Assembly (NCBI RefSeq): GCF_006345805.1
Contig: NC_042998.1
Span: 97,526,001-97,590,000, forward strand
Reading direction: 5' to 3'
Length of the DNA: 64,000 nt
From: Octopus sinensis
Lineage: Eukaryota
Below the pieces are notes generated by a model. That model did no database searches. It saw nothing but the letters and a program-made list of their open reading frames with translations, and was not told the origin of the DNA. Each line of letters opens with the position of its first letter. Position 1 is the first letter of the stretch. Made by a program: the position numbers and the translations under genes. Positions 1-14,271 of the stretch are shown here, one piece after another.

Positions 1-630
1 TAATTGTTTCTATTTCCATATGGATATAGTGTATGGTCAGAAAATAAATGGCCTACAGCTATGAAACATGGACAGTGGATGTAAACTTTATCAGTAACTA
101 AATAAATTTTATAATTAGAATTGTAAAAATCAGAAAAGCAGAGATTTCATGGATGATTCATAATTTTTCTTTACAGCTGTTTCAAAGGATAGACTAAAAA
201 CATCATTTATATAATCATGCAATCAATAAACATTATTAGTTGATTTAAATGTGATGGATAAATATATTTCTTAATGTGTTACTGAGATGAGAAAGAAACT
301 AAGTATTAGAGGTTATTTCATGCAAAATAGATATGTGTGTGTATGTGTATTGTGCATGTGTGCAAGTGTGCATTTATACATACACATATACATACATGTA
401 TGCACATACACATACATATATGTGTACATACATCTATACATCCATCCATCCATCCATCCATCCATCCATACATACATACATACATACATACAAACATATA
501 TATATATTATTTTTAAACAAACCCAAAGCCTGTAAATTACAGAGAAGAGTGACACACATAAGTCCTTTTTAATAATAGCTATAATTATATATTAGCACTG
601 AATATATCCCAATAATATATGCTCCATTTA

Positions 631-848
631 AGGTGGCAAGCTGGCAGAAATGTTAGCACACTGGGCAAAATGCTTAGCAGTATTTCATCTGTCTTTACTT
701 TCTGAGTTCAAATTTCACCGAGGTCAACTTTGCCTTTCATCCTTTCAGGGTTGATAAATTAAGTACCAGTTGTGTACTGGGGTCGAGCTAATTGACTGGC
801 TCCCTCCCCAAAAGTGTCGAGCCTTGTGCCTAGAGTAGAAAAGAATAT
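631..848 (+). mobile_element. tRNA-derived SINE family C with Meta-domain-like core
   Basis: GGTGGCAAGCTGGCAGAA head, GAGTTCAAAT B box, core GCCTTTCATCCTTTCAGGGTTGATAAATTAAGTACCAG. Other copies at about 12640-12790, 20035-20246(-), 20300-20480(-), 26053-26295, 26345-26475, 28500-28590, 30900-31085, 31612-31730, 56500-56750(-), 62995-63140. Confidence 0.75.
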
Positions 849-924
849 TTGTTCCATTTAAAGTGACTAAACCTTTACTTTGCTTACACTTTCACCAAAC
901 CTCTTCTGATGTGTGACATTTGAT

Positions 925-1325
925 GAATGAGGGAGTTTGATGTTGCTGCCCTCATCTGCATTTTTTGCCACAGGGTTGGTTCATCTGGAACTCTTGACAG
1001 AAAGAGATCCAGTTTTGTTTTGAAGACATCTACACCCACCCCATGTAAATCTCTCAGGCATTGTGGGAGGATATTGAAGAGCTGTGGTCCTGTATCCTGA
1101 TGGCAATGTTGGGATTTTTAGTACTATGTGGGGGTGCACTTTCTGCTGTTTGTGTCACTAACAGCACCAAAGTTTGGTAAAAGTTCTTTCAGAATTTTCT
1201 GGATATATATTACTGTGTATCTTTCCCACCTTCATTTTAGGGAGTAGAGTCTTAACTTTTTCAGTCTCTCCCAGTAGCTGACCTGTCACATTGAGATGAT
1301 CTTCTTTGTGTAACTTTGGAACTAA
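925..1325 (-). mobile_element. 3' fragment of CR1/L2-group LINE ORF2
   Basis: Peptides SYWERLKKLRLYSL..RWERYTVIYIQKIL..LLPNFG and GPQLFNILPQCLRDLHGVGVDVFKTKLDLFLSRVPDEP, with stops. Confidence 0.7.
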
Positions 1326-1369
1326 AAGGTATTAACTGAAACCAATCGTATATTTTATTTACCAAATTC

Positions 1370-1602
1370 CACACCATTTGAGCATGGCCGTTGCCAATAC
1401 TGCCTGACTGGCCCTCGTGCCAGTGGTACATAAAAGCACCCCCTACACTCTCAGAATGGTTGGCGTTAGGAAGGGGATCCAGCTGTAGAAACTCTGCCTG
1501 ATTAGATTGGAGCCTGGTGCAGCCATCTGGCTCACCAGTCCTCAGTCAAACTGTCCAACCCATGCCAGCATGGAAAGCAGACATTAAACGATGATGATGA
1601 TG
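1370..1602 (+). mobile_element. Family A short retroposon ending in (GAT)n
   Basis: GGCAC(G/A)TAAAAGCACC units, then GGTTGGCGTTAGGAAGGG..CCAGCTGTAGAAA...CCATGCCAGCATGGAAA..GACGTTAAACGATGATGAT. About 25 copies in the window, e.g. 1640-2040, 7270-7510, 13449-13780(-), 17780-18125, 24899-25255(-), 31755-32005(-), 43762-43900(-), 51215-51470, 56762-57140(-), 61635-61792. Confidence 0.8.
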
Positions 1603-4058
1603 AACTTTGCTGAAAATGGTTTTAATTTCACTTTGGAACTTTCTTGTGGCCGATGCCAGTGCCATCTAACTGCACCCATGCCAGTGGCACGTAAAAAGCA
1701 CCTTTCAGATGTTGGGCCTCATAGAGGCAGTGACAGGTGAACAAGACTCTTGGCAATATACCATGCTTATGTTGACCTGTCAAGCCAAGTGAAACTGTAG
1801 TCATGGCTGATGCTAGAGTTAGGTCAATAGCACCCATGCTGGTGGCACATAAAAAGCACCCACTACATTCTCGAAATGGTTGGCATTAGGAAGGACATAC
1901 AGTCATAGAAACCTTGCCAAATCATATTGGAACCTAGTGCAGCTCCCCCAGCTTACCAGTTTCCCGTCAAACCATCCAATCCATGCCAGCATGGAAAGCG
2001 GACATTAAACGATGATGATGATGATGATGATGATGATGTTGATGATAGTGGTGGTTGTGGTGGTGGTAGTGGTGGTGGTGGTGTTGATGATGATGATGAC
2101 AATGCCATCAATATCTCTATATTAGTTTTTGTATCCCTTAGGGCTAATTTTTAAAAGACATATTGGTATAAAGAATAATGTAAGAAATTTTATACTTTGG
2201 AACCTTCCAGGAAATTTATCCAGTTTGGAAATAGTATGGCTTTAAATGCTATTTACTGTTTTCAAAAGTGAAGCTTTAATTTTCTCAAATGATTTCCCAA
2301 ATGTTTTATTTTAAACTTTGCTAACTGATAATAGTTAAAATATTTACTACCATCAAAACAGAAGCCTTAATTTTCACAATAAATCTCTAAAAGTGTTTAA
2401 TTTAAACTTTGATCATTGGTTGTGATAAATTTAAGGACATGCACAATGAATGACATACCTAAAATTGTATTTAATTCATCATAAATTTCACAATGAATGA
2501 ATTCACAAAATGTTTGCTACAATGAATGAATATACAGGAAGTTTGCATTAAAATGGTTAAATCATGGTAAAAAAAATATATTGTAATTTCACTTTGTATT
2601 GATTTGTGTGAACTTTCCTTTTACCTATAATCTATTTTCTGCTTCTGAATGTGAAAAAAGATTATAAGAGAATCATATGAAGAGCTGAATAAATTTTTCG
2701 AAAATTGCATAATATATTTTTCACATTTAATCATTTTGTTTCATCAGTGAAAGCTCCCAAACCAAATAAAATCATTTATTGTTAAACATTATTATCTAAT
2801 ATTGTCTATTACTACTTTTGTGCGATGCTTCTGAGTCACATTTTCATAACTATCCTCTTCCATAACAGAAATGTTAACTGAGTCCACAATTACAATAAAA
2901 TTGGCAGTAGCTGCTTATAGTCATTGCTCTGTAATTAATGTTTTTCCCCATTATTATAATAAGTGTCTCAAATATTTGCCTAGTTCTGTAGCAATTTTTT
3001 CTTTAGTAATTAGAAGGAAATGAAGGAACATATTGGAAGCAAAGAAGCACTCACTTACAGACAGCACTGATCCTATATTTTATACTGCTCCTGATATCGA
3101 CACTTTTAATTTGATAATGAAGAAGGTTAAAAAAAATAATATTTTTTGTTTAATTTTATTTCGTTTGTATGTAATGGAAAAATTCTTTTCAACAACTTTA
3201 AAAAGATTCTAGCAGCTAAGCAAACAAAAATTAATTGAAATAAATTATTTATTTCTGAGAAAAGAATATATCAAATTCAGTTTGCAAAATTGCTGTTTAA
3301 TTTGAAAGAAATTCAATGAATAAGCTATGTTAAATTTCCCAGTCATCCATGAGGGTTTTTCACATATGTTACTTATGAAATGTTGCAACAAGTTTACAGA
3401 GCAGTAAACATTCTTGAACATGATCTATGCAAGCTGGAATTAATTATCAAGTGAGGTTGTTAATTGGAAGAGAACCAACTGGTTCAAGAATAAAAGAGAA
3501 GGTGGGCTTAATCATTTCTGTTTCCAAAATGAAAAATAACCACACTAAGGTTAAATGTGGAAATTAAAAAAAAATATTACAGGTTAACTAACTTCATTAC
3601 GCTTTGGTTGATCAAGCAAGAAAGTCAATCTTGAATGTTTATACCTATTAAGTTTCATAAGTAGAAGTTATATCCTTTGCTTTTGCTTTGGTGGCTTTAC
3701 AGTGACTGCCTTACTAAACAGAACAGAAGGTCTTAGTCATTTTGAATTTGTGGCAAACTGAGTTTCATGTAATTTTCTAAAGTCTTAAATTACACCCTTA
3801 GAAATCTGCTGCACAACTAGCTGCTCCTTGCAGCACATTAATGCACTATCATGTATCACTGCATGGATCAGACAGAATTTATTGAGACAAATTTTCAATA
3901 AGTGCATGCCTTTCCTATCACTAATCCTCACTTGTTTCCAAGGTAATATTTCCCCATGACCAGATGTATTTTCATGAAAGATTGTAATTGTATGACACTG
4001 CCAATATGATAGTGAAACTTGTTTCCTACCATCATGTGATATCAAGACAAGGAGACAG

Positions 4059-4150
<92 letters not shown>

Positions 4151-5673
4151 CAACACATTTCTTTCAGTTTTTGTCTATCAAATCTACTTACAAGGCATTG
4201 GTCAGCTCCAAGCCATAGTATAAAACACTTCCCCAAGGTACTATGCTGTGGATTGAGCCCAAAACCACATTTGGGAACTGAACATCTTAACTATACTGCC
4301 ATGACAATGGAAAATTAAATTAATTGATATCTTAATAATATGGGCATCTATGTAATAAAATGATAGATTATATTATTTCCAATGCTTTCAAAGGAATAAA
4401 TGATCACAATTGCATTAAAGATCATTCTTAGGAACACTGGGAATCATCAAAACCACCATTTTATTACTTAAATATGTTGCCAGCACTCCTTTATAGCTAT
4501 ATTACCAATGGATTTAAGAATAAGAATAATATATATAGGAAGATTTCTAAATTTAAAGTATTCTTATATGTCTTCAGGTTGTGTAGTTAGGAAGTTTGTT
4601 TCCCAACCATGTGGCTTCAAGTTCAGCCCATTGTATTACAAGTATCTTCTGCTACGACCTCTGACTGACCAAAGCCTTGTGAGTGGATTTGGTGGGTAAG
4701 AAGCTGAAAGAAGCCAGTTTTTTATATGTGTGTGTGTCTGTAGAGTATTCTAGTCTTGACACTGTATGATAGCTGAAAACAAGTGTCACCATCACACAGT
4801 GTCGTTCATTTCCAGTCTTCTGTGAAAATACATCCTGTTGCAGAGAAATATTACCTTGCTTGGAAACAAGTGTTGGTTAGTGACAGAAAGAGAATCCAGA
4901 CATAAAAAAATGTGTCTCACCAAATTTTGTCTGAACCATGAAAACATAGGAGAGTAGACATTAAAACAATGACAAGCACAATGACAATGTTGATGATGAT
5001 GATGATAATGACAATGGGGATAAATTGCTTTAAGAAAAAGGCTAAATCTGAAGGTCTTATAACATATTGTTGGCACTCCTTTATATCATCAATTGATTTA
5101 AGAATAGACCTGATAAATAGTGGAAGAATGCTAAATTTGTAACAGTCTTATAATATGCATGAAAAAAGTTTGTTACGAGTGAGTCAGCATTTGCCATAAC
5201 CAAAAGAGGAAAAAACTGTGAAGTAAAGCATTTCCTATTTTGCCATTGAAAAAACAATAAATTTTGTGACATTATTCCACATATGTAAACAATTGTGTAA
5301 TAATGGTTAGGTGCTGAACTGTAAATGTCTAGTAATTTTACAGATTTTCTTTTTCAATGAATTGGTCATAAGATATATATTAATAGCAGTACATCATCTT
5401 TGTTGATTTAATGTCCACTTTTCCATGCTTGTATGGGTTGGGCAGAATTTTCTGAAGCAGATTTTCAATGGCTGGATGCCTTTACTTTCACCCATCCACA
5501 CATGTTTCCAAGCAAGGTGATATTTCCCCATAACCAGACATGTTTATCACAGAAGACTGGAAATAATCAACATCATTGACATAATGGTGAAGCTGATTTA
5601 AACAAGATGTCAAGACAAAAGTTACACAGAAAGCCAACCCCCCACCTCCACATAGGAACACGCCCACACACGA

Positions 5674-5714
<41 letters not shown>

Positions 5715-5725
5715 CACACACATAT

Positions 5726-5823
<98 letters not shown>

Positions 5824-5860
5824 ATATATATATAGATATATACATATATATTTATTTATT

Positions 5861-5974
5861 TATTTATTTACATTAAGGGCATTACTATACATAAATGCCT
5901 CATGCTACGAGGGACTTTTAAAATTGGTAGTGTGAGGCATTTATGTATAGTAATGCCCTTAATGTAAATAAATA
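5861..5974. repeat. Near-perfect palindrome, about 47-bp arms, 18-nt spacer, abutting (TA)n
   Basis: ATTTATTTACATTAAGGGCATTACTATACATAAATGCCTCATGCTAC ... GTAGTGTGAGGCATTTATGTATAGTAATGCCCTTAATGTAAATAAAT. Confidence 0.85.
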
Positions 5975-8920
5975 TATTTAAAGGGAATAATTAATAATTT
6001 TTCCCTTATGAGGTTTTTCATGCTGACTACTTGATAAATTCTTATAAAGATTTTATCCTATTCTTAAATGATATATACGGCTGAAATAAATAATGAATGG
6101 CTGAAATAAATAATGAATGGCTGAAATAAATAAAAGAATAAAAATTTCCAGTCTTTTGTGAAAACATCCTGTCATGGAGAAATATTATGTTGCTTGGAAA
6201 CGTTGGTTGGTAACAGGAAAGGCATCCAGCCATAGATGCAGCCACATGGTTTAGGGATTAATCCTACTGTATGACACTTTGGGCAAGTGTCTTTTACTAC
6301 AGCATGGATCGACCAAAGCATTGTCAGTTTAATGGATGAAAACTGTGTGAAGCCCATTACATGAATGCATGTGTGTATCTCTTTGTGTTTGTGTTTGTCC
6401 CACCACCATGTGACAACTGGTGCTGGTTTGTTTTCATATCTGTAACTTAGTGGTTCAGAAAACTAGATTGATAGAACAAGACTTAAAAAAGTAAAGGCAG
6501 GTCAATTTGTACAACTGGCTTACCAGTTCCAGTCAAACCATCTAACCCATGCCAGCATGGAAAGCAGACGTTAAATGAGGATGACGATGATGATGATGAA
6601 AACTTTCAAGTTATTGCTCCATCATGGCCACAGTCCTTTGACTAAAACAAGTAAAATAATGAATGATTAATGCTTAGAATCATTTAAGAAAATACTGATT
6701 TTGGCACACTAATCTGTCTGATACTATAATAAAAGATCTCTGCTTTAAAGTCATGTAAATTAAAAAATTTTGAGACAAAATTTCATGTTCCAAACTTTGG
6801 CTTAATAATGACAAAGTTGTTTTACAAAATTCTTCATTATTTTCAAAATTAATTCATACAAAAGTTGTATGTCTCAATAAGAAAATATGGAAACGAAAGT
6901 GTTAAATCTGAATTTATCTCATGTAACTTAAGCCTACAGTGCTTTGTTTACTTATGGCTGATGAAAATTTGTCTCAAAACTTGTCTCAAGCTACAAGTGT
7001 TGATATTTTACAAGATGTCCAGCAGGGAAGTAAGTGGGGGGACCATACAAGAAATCTGGTCTGCAGTTGGAGCTCAACCAAAAGTACTGTCTACCAGTGA
7101 ACATGAAAGCTGGGAATTTTTTGCTACTGCACATGGAGTTAAGAAGACAACAGCATGTAACTGGATATGTACAGATCACATATATTTGCACTGTGGAGGT
7201 GTCTGAGAAAATCAAGGATATAGAACAGGAATATATGGAATCACTCGTTGAGTGGTTAATTTTATGGTCACAAGTGCTGGTGCCACATAAAAGGCACTTG
7301 TGCTAGTGTTGCTTAAACGCACCCATGCTGATGACACATAAAAGCACCAAGCTCACTTTGTAAAGTTGTTGGCATTAGGAAGGGCATCCAGCTTCAGAAA
7401 CCATACCATAACAGACAATTGGAGTATGGACAGCTCCTCAGCTGATCAGCGCCAGTCAAACTGTGCAATCCATGCCAGCATGGAAAATGGACGTTAAACG
7501 ATGATGATGAGTTAACATTGAAGAACTTTTGTGAGCATTTACATTCAGCATATGGATTGACTATATATCTGAAAACCATAGAAAGTCATCTTAATGGAAG
7601 AATGATTTCATTAAAACAAGTCCTTTTACAACCAGAGCAATCATGTTTTGTATTTCTAAACCAGATGATTATCATGAGATGATGAATAATGTTTTAATAC
7701 TTGTCCAAGAATTGTTCCTAATCAAAATTAAGCTGCAATTTATTACTTATTATATTTTTCAGTGTGGAATTTATTTTGTCAGTCTCTTTTGCTGAACTGC
7801 TAAACAAATCAACACTGACAAACACAAAGACACACAAATGATGCCACTCCACTGGCTAGGTGAGCTGGCCAACATTTCCCCCTCTGATCAGAACACTAGT
7901 CCATCACAGGATTACCCATTTACAGCTGGATATACTGGAGCAACATGAAATGAAATGAAATGTTTTGCTCTAAAACACAAAGCACAGCCGGTTTAGGAAT
8001 TGAACTTATGATCTCACCATCATGAGTGCGACTACCTTACCACTAAGCTACATGCCTTTACATCCATACGTATATAGCCTGCCGAAGGATATAGTAAAAG
8101 ACACTTGCGTAATGTGCCGTGCAGTGGGATTGAACCTGAAACCTTATGGTTAGGAACTAAACATCATAGACACACAGCTACAACAATACTTATGCCTATG
8201 TTTGAAACTCTTAATGTTTTCTGCTGATGAATGACTGCAGGCGTGGCTGCGTGGCTAAGAAGTTTGCTCTGCAATCATGAGATTCCAGATCTAATCCCAC
8301 TGTGTGACATACTGAGCAAGTGTCACTTACCATAGCCCCAGCCAACTCGAACTTTGTAAGTCAAAGTGGGGAGGTGGAAACTGTGTCGAAGCATGCTGGA
8401 TAGAGTGTTCCTAAAATTCAACAGTCCAGCCATGTAGCATTTTGTGCCATACCAGTTTCACCTGGAAATTTCAGTAAGGGTACATGACAGTAGAATACAC
8501 AACTACTTATATGGTAATTTAATGAGTTTGTAGTTCAGTTGATTGAGCAATTGAATGTTCAGGGTTGAAACTGAACAAGAGACCATCATACATGTATGCC
8601 TAAGTGATTGTGTGTGTGTGCGCATGTGTGTATGTATGTGTGTGTATGTGGCCAGATGCCCTTCCTGTCACCAACACTTATCTGTTTACAAGCAAGGTTA
8701 TATTTCCCCATATTCAGACACATTATTACAGAATATTAGAAATGAAAGGCACAGCTTGTATGATGGTGACACTCATTTACAACTATTATGCAATGTTGAG
8801 ACAAACACACATACACACACACGTATACACATGCACCACACACATATCTGTATAAACACACACACACACACACATATGAATATGTATATATATATGCATG
8901 TACACACACACACATACATA

Positions 8921-9290
8921 GGGGTAGGAGTGGCTGTGTGGTAAGAAGCTTGCTTCCCAACCGCATGGTTCCGGGTTCAGTCCCACTGTGTGGCACCTTG
9001 AGCAAGTGTCTTCTACTATAGCCTCAGGCCAACCAAAGCTTTGAGCGGATTTGGTAGATGGAAATTGAAAGAAGCCCATCATGTGTGTGTGTGTGTGTGT
9101 GTATGTGTATCTTTGTGTCTGTGTTTGTTCCTTCCTCCATCATCACTTGATGCTGGTGTGTTTATATCCCCATAACTTAGTGGTTCGACAAAAGAGACCA
9201 ATATAATAAGTACCAAGCTTACAAAGAATAAGTCCTGGGGTCAATTTCTTCAACAAAAAAGGTGGTGCTCCAGCATGTCCGCAGTAAAGA
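8921..9290 (+). mobile_element. SINE family B copy
   Basis: Same head, core and body as 23666-24083. Further full or partial copies at about 4150-4300, 4575-4720, 6240-6510, 8075-8180, 10810-10965, 24660-24835, 25800-26010, 29420-29840, 43010-43170, 50590-50740, 54690-54785, 60015-60350, 61283-61375. Confidence 0.8.
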
Positions 9291-9504
9291 GTAATTTATA
9301 TATACATATATATACACACATGCACATATATATGTATATGCATATATATATATATACATATATATATATTCATATATATAGACATACATATATATACATG
9401 CATATATATGTATATGCATATATTACATGAACATACATATAAATATGCATATACTCATATGAATGTGTATGTATATATATATACATACATACATACATGC
9501 ATAC

Positions 9505-9542
9505 ATACATACATATACATATAATATATGCATGTATATATA

Positions 9543-9589
<47 letters not shown>

Positions 9590-9693
9590 TATGTGTATGT
9601 ATGTATTTACTTTGTGGTTATAAAACCATTTGTCTTTGCTTGCATACATGCATACATACATACATATACATATAATATATGCATGTATATATA

Positions 9694-9732
<39 letters not shown>

Positions 9733-9789
9733 TGTGTGTATGTATGTATTTACTTTGTGGTTATAAAACCATTTGTCTTTGCTTGCATG
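9505..9789. repeat. Local tandem duplication of about 147 bp
   Basis: GTATGTATGTATTTACTTTGTGGTTATAAAACCATTTGTCTTTGCTTGCAT occurs at about 9595 and 9738, each preceded by a matching TA tract. Confidence 0.85.
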
Positions 9790-10049
9790 GGTGTGATAGT
9801 TTATTTGTTAAAGCAATTATTTTTACAGCTGGATACTCTCCCTATCACTCAACCGTGAAGTATGGAGTGGAGCTTGTTTTATGTGAGACTGGCAAACTGC
9901 TGAGGGGCACATCACAATAATTCTCAGTAGTTCACCACCTCAACCCCACTGCCATTCTGCCTCAGTGTCTTCATCTAATATAAATGTATGTGCACATATG
10001 TATGTGAGTGTGTATTACTTTGTATTAATGTATTTTTTTATTCTTATAT

Positions 10050-10559
10050 TCTTTTATTTGTTTCAGTCATTTGACTGTGGCTATGCTGGAGCACTGCCTC
10101 TAGTCAAACAAATCGACCCCAGGACTTGTTCTTTGGAAACCTAGAACTTATTCTATCAGTCTCTTTTGTTCAACTGCTAAGTTACGGGGACATAAGCACA
10201 CCAACATTGGTTGTCAAGTGATGGTGATGGGTACAAACACAGACACACAAACATACACTTACACACACACACACACACACACCACACACACACACACACA
10301 CACTCACACACACACATATATATATGACTGGCTTCATAAAAAGCGCCATCCAATCGTTGTCAATGCCAGCCTCCTCTGGCCCCTGTACCGGTGGCACGTA
10401 AAAAAGCAATCACTATACTCTTGGAGTGGTTGGCGTTAGGAAGGGTTTCCAGCTGTAGAAATACTGCCAGATCAGACTGGAGCCTGGTGCAGCCTCCTGG
10501 CTTCCCAGACCCCAGTCGAACCATCCAACCCATGCCAGCATGGAAAACGGACGTTAAAC

Positions 10560-10592
<33 letters not shown>

Positions 10593-10763
10593 ATATACAA
10601 CAGGCTTCTTTTAGTTTCCATCGACCAAATCCACTCACAAGGCTTTGGTCAGCCCAAGGCTATATTAGAAGACACTTGCCCAAGGTGCCAAGCAGTGGGA
10701 CTCAACTCAGAACCATGTGGTTGGTAAGCAAGCTACTTACCAGACAGCCATTCCTGCACCTAT
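10050..10763 (-). mobile_element. SINE family B copy with a family A element nested in its internal microsatellite (about 10340-10591)
   Basis: B tail at 10050-10330, A-family body ending (GAT)n at 10591, B head at 10595-10763. Confidence 0.75.
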
Positions 10764-12914
10764 GATATACATATAAAATACACACACACACATACATATT
10801 AATATGACAGGCTTCTTTCAGTTTCCATCTACTAAATCCACTCACAAGGCTTTGGTTGGCCTGAGGCTATAAGAGAAAACACTTGCCCAAAGTGCCACAC
10901 AGTGAGACTGAACCTAGAACCATGTGGCTGGTAAGCAAGTTCCTTATCACACAACCACACATGTGCCTATATGTATGGAGTTATGCATTTAACTATACTG
11001 GGAAACAGCATAACGTATTTGAACAGATATTAAAATAAATCCCTGATTCGGTATGTGAGTGTGAGTATATTTATTTGTGCATATATGTATATATATATGC
11101 ATACTTATATGTATTTATGTATGTTGTGTCTGTGTATGTGTGTGTATATATATGTGTGTGTGTGTGTGTCTGTGTGTATATATATATATAAATGTACGTA
11201 TGTATATATGTATGTGTATATATATATATGTATAGGTCTATGTATGTTTGTCAATACAGTTATGAGTATATATGTGTCTATATGGTTATGTCTATGTGTG
11301 TGATATACCATATGTATGCACCTATATTGTTCTGTATGTATGTATGTATGTATGTATGTATGTATGTATATATGTGAGTGTGTACATGTATGTATGAGTG
11401 TGCCTGCATTCATGTATTTATTTTGTATATAGACAGATTTCCTTGTTTACTTAACTTTATAGCTTTCTTTACGTCCCTAGTCAACCATAATTCTTATTTT
11501 ATAGCCCTATAGCCAGCCTATCACTCTTAAGACTATCACTTGACTTTCTCTGTGTTTACATTTCTCTGGGGTTTTTCCCCAGTTATGAATATCCTATACA
11601 TCATATATTTATTTACCTACAATATTTCGAGGTGGTAGACTTAGAAAGCTTGCTTCTGCTACTGTCAAACTCTTGGCTCATTAGGCTGTGGAGCACACAT
11701 CAATACACCAATTATATGCATATCAAAGTGAGCCGATGAAGGAACCTTTACATTGTTACTTGCCCTGCTAGAAATGGTAACCAAATCTCCTTCAAATTAC
11801 AATCTACCATATTGCAAAAAAAGGATGCATTTATAATACAGTATTAAATACACTGTATCTAAAAATAAGATGAGAAGAGCAAGGCTGGAATGCTTTTTTA
11901 TCATATCTCTGCTTTGGGGCAAAGCATCAGTAACAGAATATATCAAATTTGTCTTTTTCATTCCAGCATGAGTTAGGTGAATATATTATTGAGACATTTT
12001 TTTTTACAGCTGGATACCCTACCTGTCTGTAACACTTACCTGTTTTTCAGGGAAAGGATATCTTATTACCTACCTCTTCAAAGGTTCAAACGTTGTGTGT
12101 ATGTGTGATTGTGTGTGTGCATGCATGTGTGCATGTATATGTGTGTGTATGCATGTGTGAGCTTTGGCATAGTTTCTATGGCTCAATGCCCTTTCTAACA
12201 CCATCCACGTTACAGTGTGTATTGGGTGCTTTTACAGGCCACCAGCACTAGTGAGATTGCTGAGTAAAATGCAAAACAGAAAAGAACAGGAAAGAGAAGA
12301 TCTGCCATGACTAAGTGATGAAAGTATGTGGGAAGGGGAGGTGGCTTTATGCCAGGTGTTGAGAGGCTAAAAGTAAGATAGAAGGACAAGCACAGGTGTC
12401 TTGCTATAGAGGAGCTCTATGACTACCCCATATTATATAAGGTAAGTAGGAGTAATTGGGAAGAATATTAAGATTAAGAAGAAGAGACACTGTAGATGGG
12501 CCAGTTACTAAGGAATTTGCACTGAGATAGCATCTCTGATGGATGTGATGTGTTAAAAAGACAATAAATATCAGAGGAAGATCAAAATATGCCCAGCTGC
12601 AGTAGCAGTTAGCAAGAACACCAGATGCAATTTGTGTTTTACGTCAATGTTGAAATCTTGCTGAGATCAACTTTGCTTTCCATCCAACTAAAATGGATAA
12701 CATAAAGTAACGGTCAAATACTGAAGGAGGGCAGTTTAATAGATTAAACCCTTCCCCAAATCAAGTAGTCTCATGCCTATTTTTAAAATCAGATTATTTG
12801 AAATGCAGTATATTCCTTGTGAGTGAAGAAGTGGTTAGACATTAGGATTATTAGCCAATGGAAGGTAACAGATTTTCATCATCATCATCCACATCATCAT
12901 TATCATTTTCATCC

Positions 12915-12954
<40 letters not shown>

Positions 12955-13394
12955 TTAACATTCATTTTCTATGCTGGTAAGAGTAGAATGGTTTGACAGG
13001 AGCTGGTAAGGCAGGGGGATGCACCAGGCTCCATCGCCTGTTTTGGTACAGTTTCTATTGGTAGTTTCTATGGTTTCCTATGGTTTCTATGTTCGTCCTA
13101 ATACCAACCACTTTACAGAGTGTACTGGGTGTTTTTTACATGGCACCATCTCTCTCTCTCTCTCTCTCTTCATGATGGCAGCACAGCCAAAGATCAATGA
13201 ACCATAGCAAAGGCAAATAATCACCTAGAGTTTTACCCTTAAAAACAAGGCTTTCCCCCTCCATATTTTAAAGAGGTCTCAGGCCAGCAGTGTTTGGGGT
13301 CTGAAGATATGCCGTAAGGTTAAACCCCTTATGAGCAAGAAACCCAGGCTAACCCCATAAACTGGCCTACCCCACTATAATATATATATATATA

Positions 13395-13438
<44 letters not shown>

Positions 13439-14224
13439 ATGTATATATCATCATCATCATCATCATCATCGTTTAACATCCATTTCCCATGCTGGCATGG
13501 GTGGGATGGTTTGGCTGGGGTCTGGGAAGCCAGGAGGCTGCACCAGGCCCCAATCTGATCTAGCAGTGTTTCTACAGCTGGATGTCCTTCATAATGCCAA
13601 CCACTCTGAGAGTGTAGTGGGTGCATTTTAAGTGCCACCGGCACGGAAGCCAGTCAGGGCGGCACTGGCATCGGCCATGTTCAGATGGTGCTTTTTACTT
13701 GCTACCAGCACAGGGCTCACAACTACAATTTCCATTTGATTTGATTTTAATATTGCTGATGTTGATGTACTTGACTTGATATTATTGGTCACGCCCATGG
13801 TTATTGTTGTTGTTGAGCCCTAGGTCAGTTCTGATTGAGAAAATGATTTTCAAGCCATGGGATTTTTGCATATTTTTGAATCCATCATCCAATGTGTCCT
13901 TTCATTTATAAGACTGTTGGTTATGATTTGAGAAAGATCCCCCAACTATTTCTAATAGGTTAAGATTCTGCATAAAGGCCTCTTTTGTTGATTCAATATG
14001 ACTGTGATGACATGGAGAAGTAATGTGAAAGGAAACTACATGCTGAATGAGCAACTGTTGTGAGGGATTAATGGAAAACTTGGAAGAAGAGGGTAAGGAT
14101 AGAGATAGATTTAGTGAATTTCTGAAACAAGACAAGACAGGATAAAAATTGGAAGTGAAATAACAGCCAGCCTACAGAATGGAAACAGTTGTTAAAATAA
14201 TGATCTTAATGATATCAATAAGAA

Positions 14225-14271
<47 letters not shown>

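Noticed and set aside
287-572. Numerous ORFs rich in YI, HT, VC, MYVC (here and throughout the window)
   Set aside because: They are translations of (TA)n, (CA)n and (TACA)n microsatellites, which lack stop codons; no coding signal.
3050-3130. Minus-strand GTAAGTG donor as a possible hemicentin exon 2 end
   Set aside because: Upstream frames do not resemble the expected VWA continuation, and no clear acceptor gives a compatible phase.
6865-7306. Overlapping 113-aa and 90-aa ORFs in moderately complex sequence
   Set aside because: No recognisable domain and no convincing splice-site pair; antisense to the host gene and probably an old repeat remnant.
13294-13330. CTGAAGA followed by a GCC-GTAA-GGT hairpin
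   Set aside because: Followed by TAAA rather than GAAA, with no stem III or UH site.
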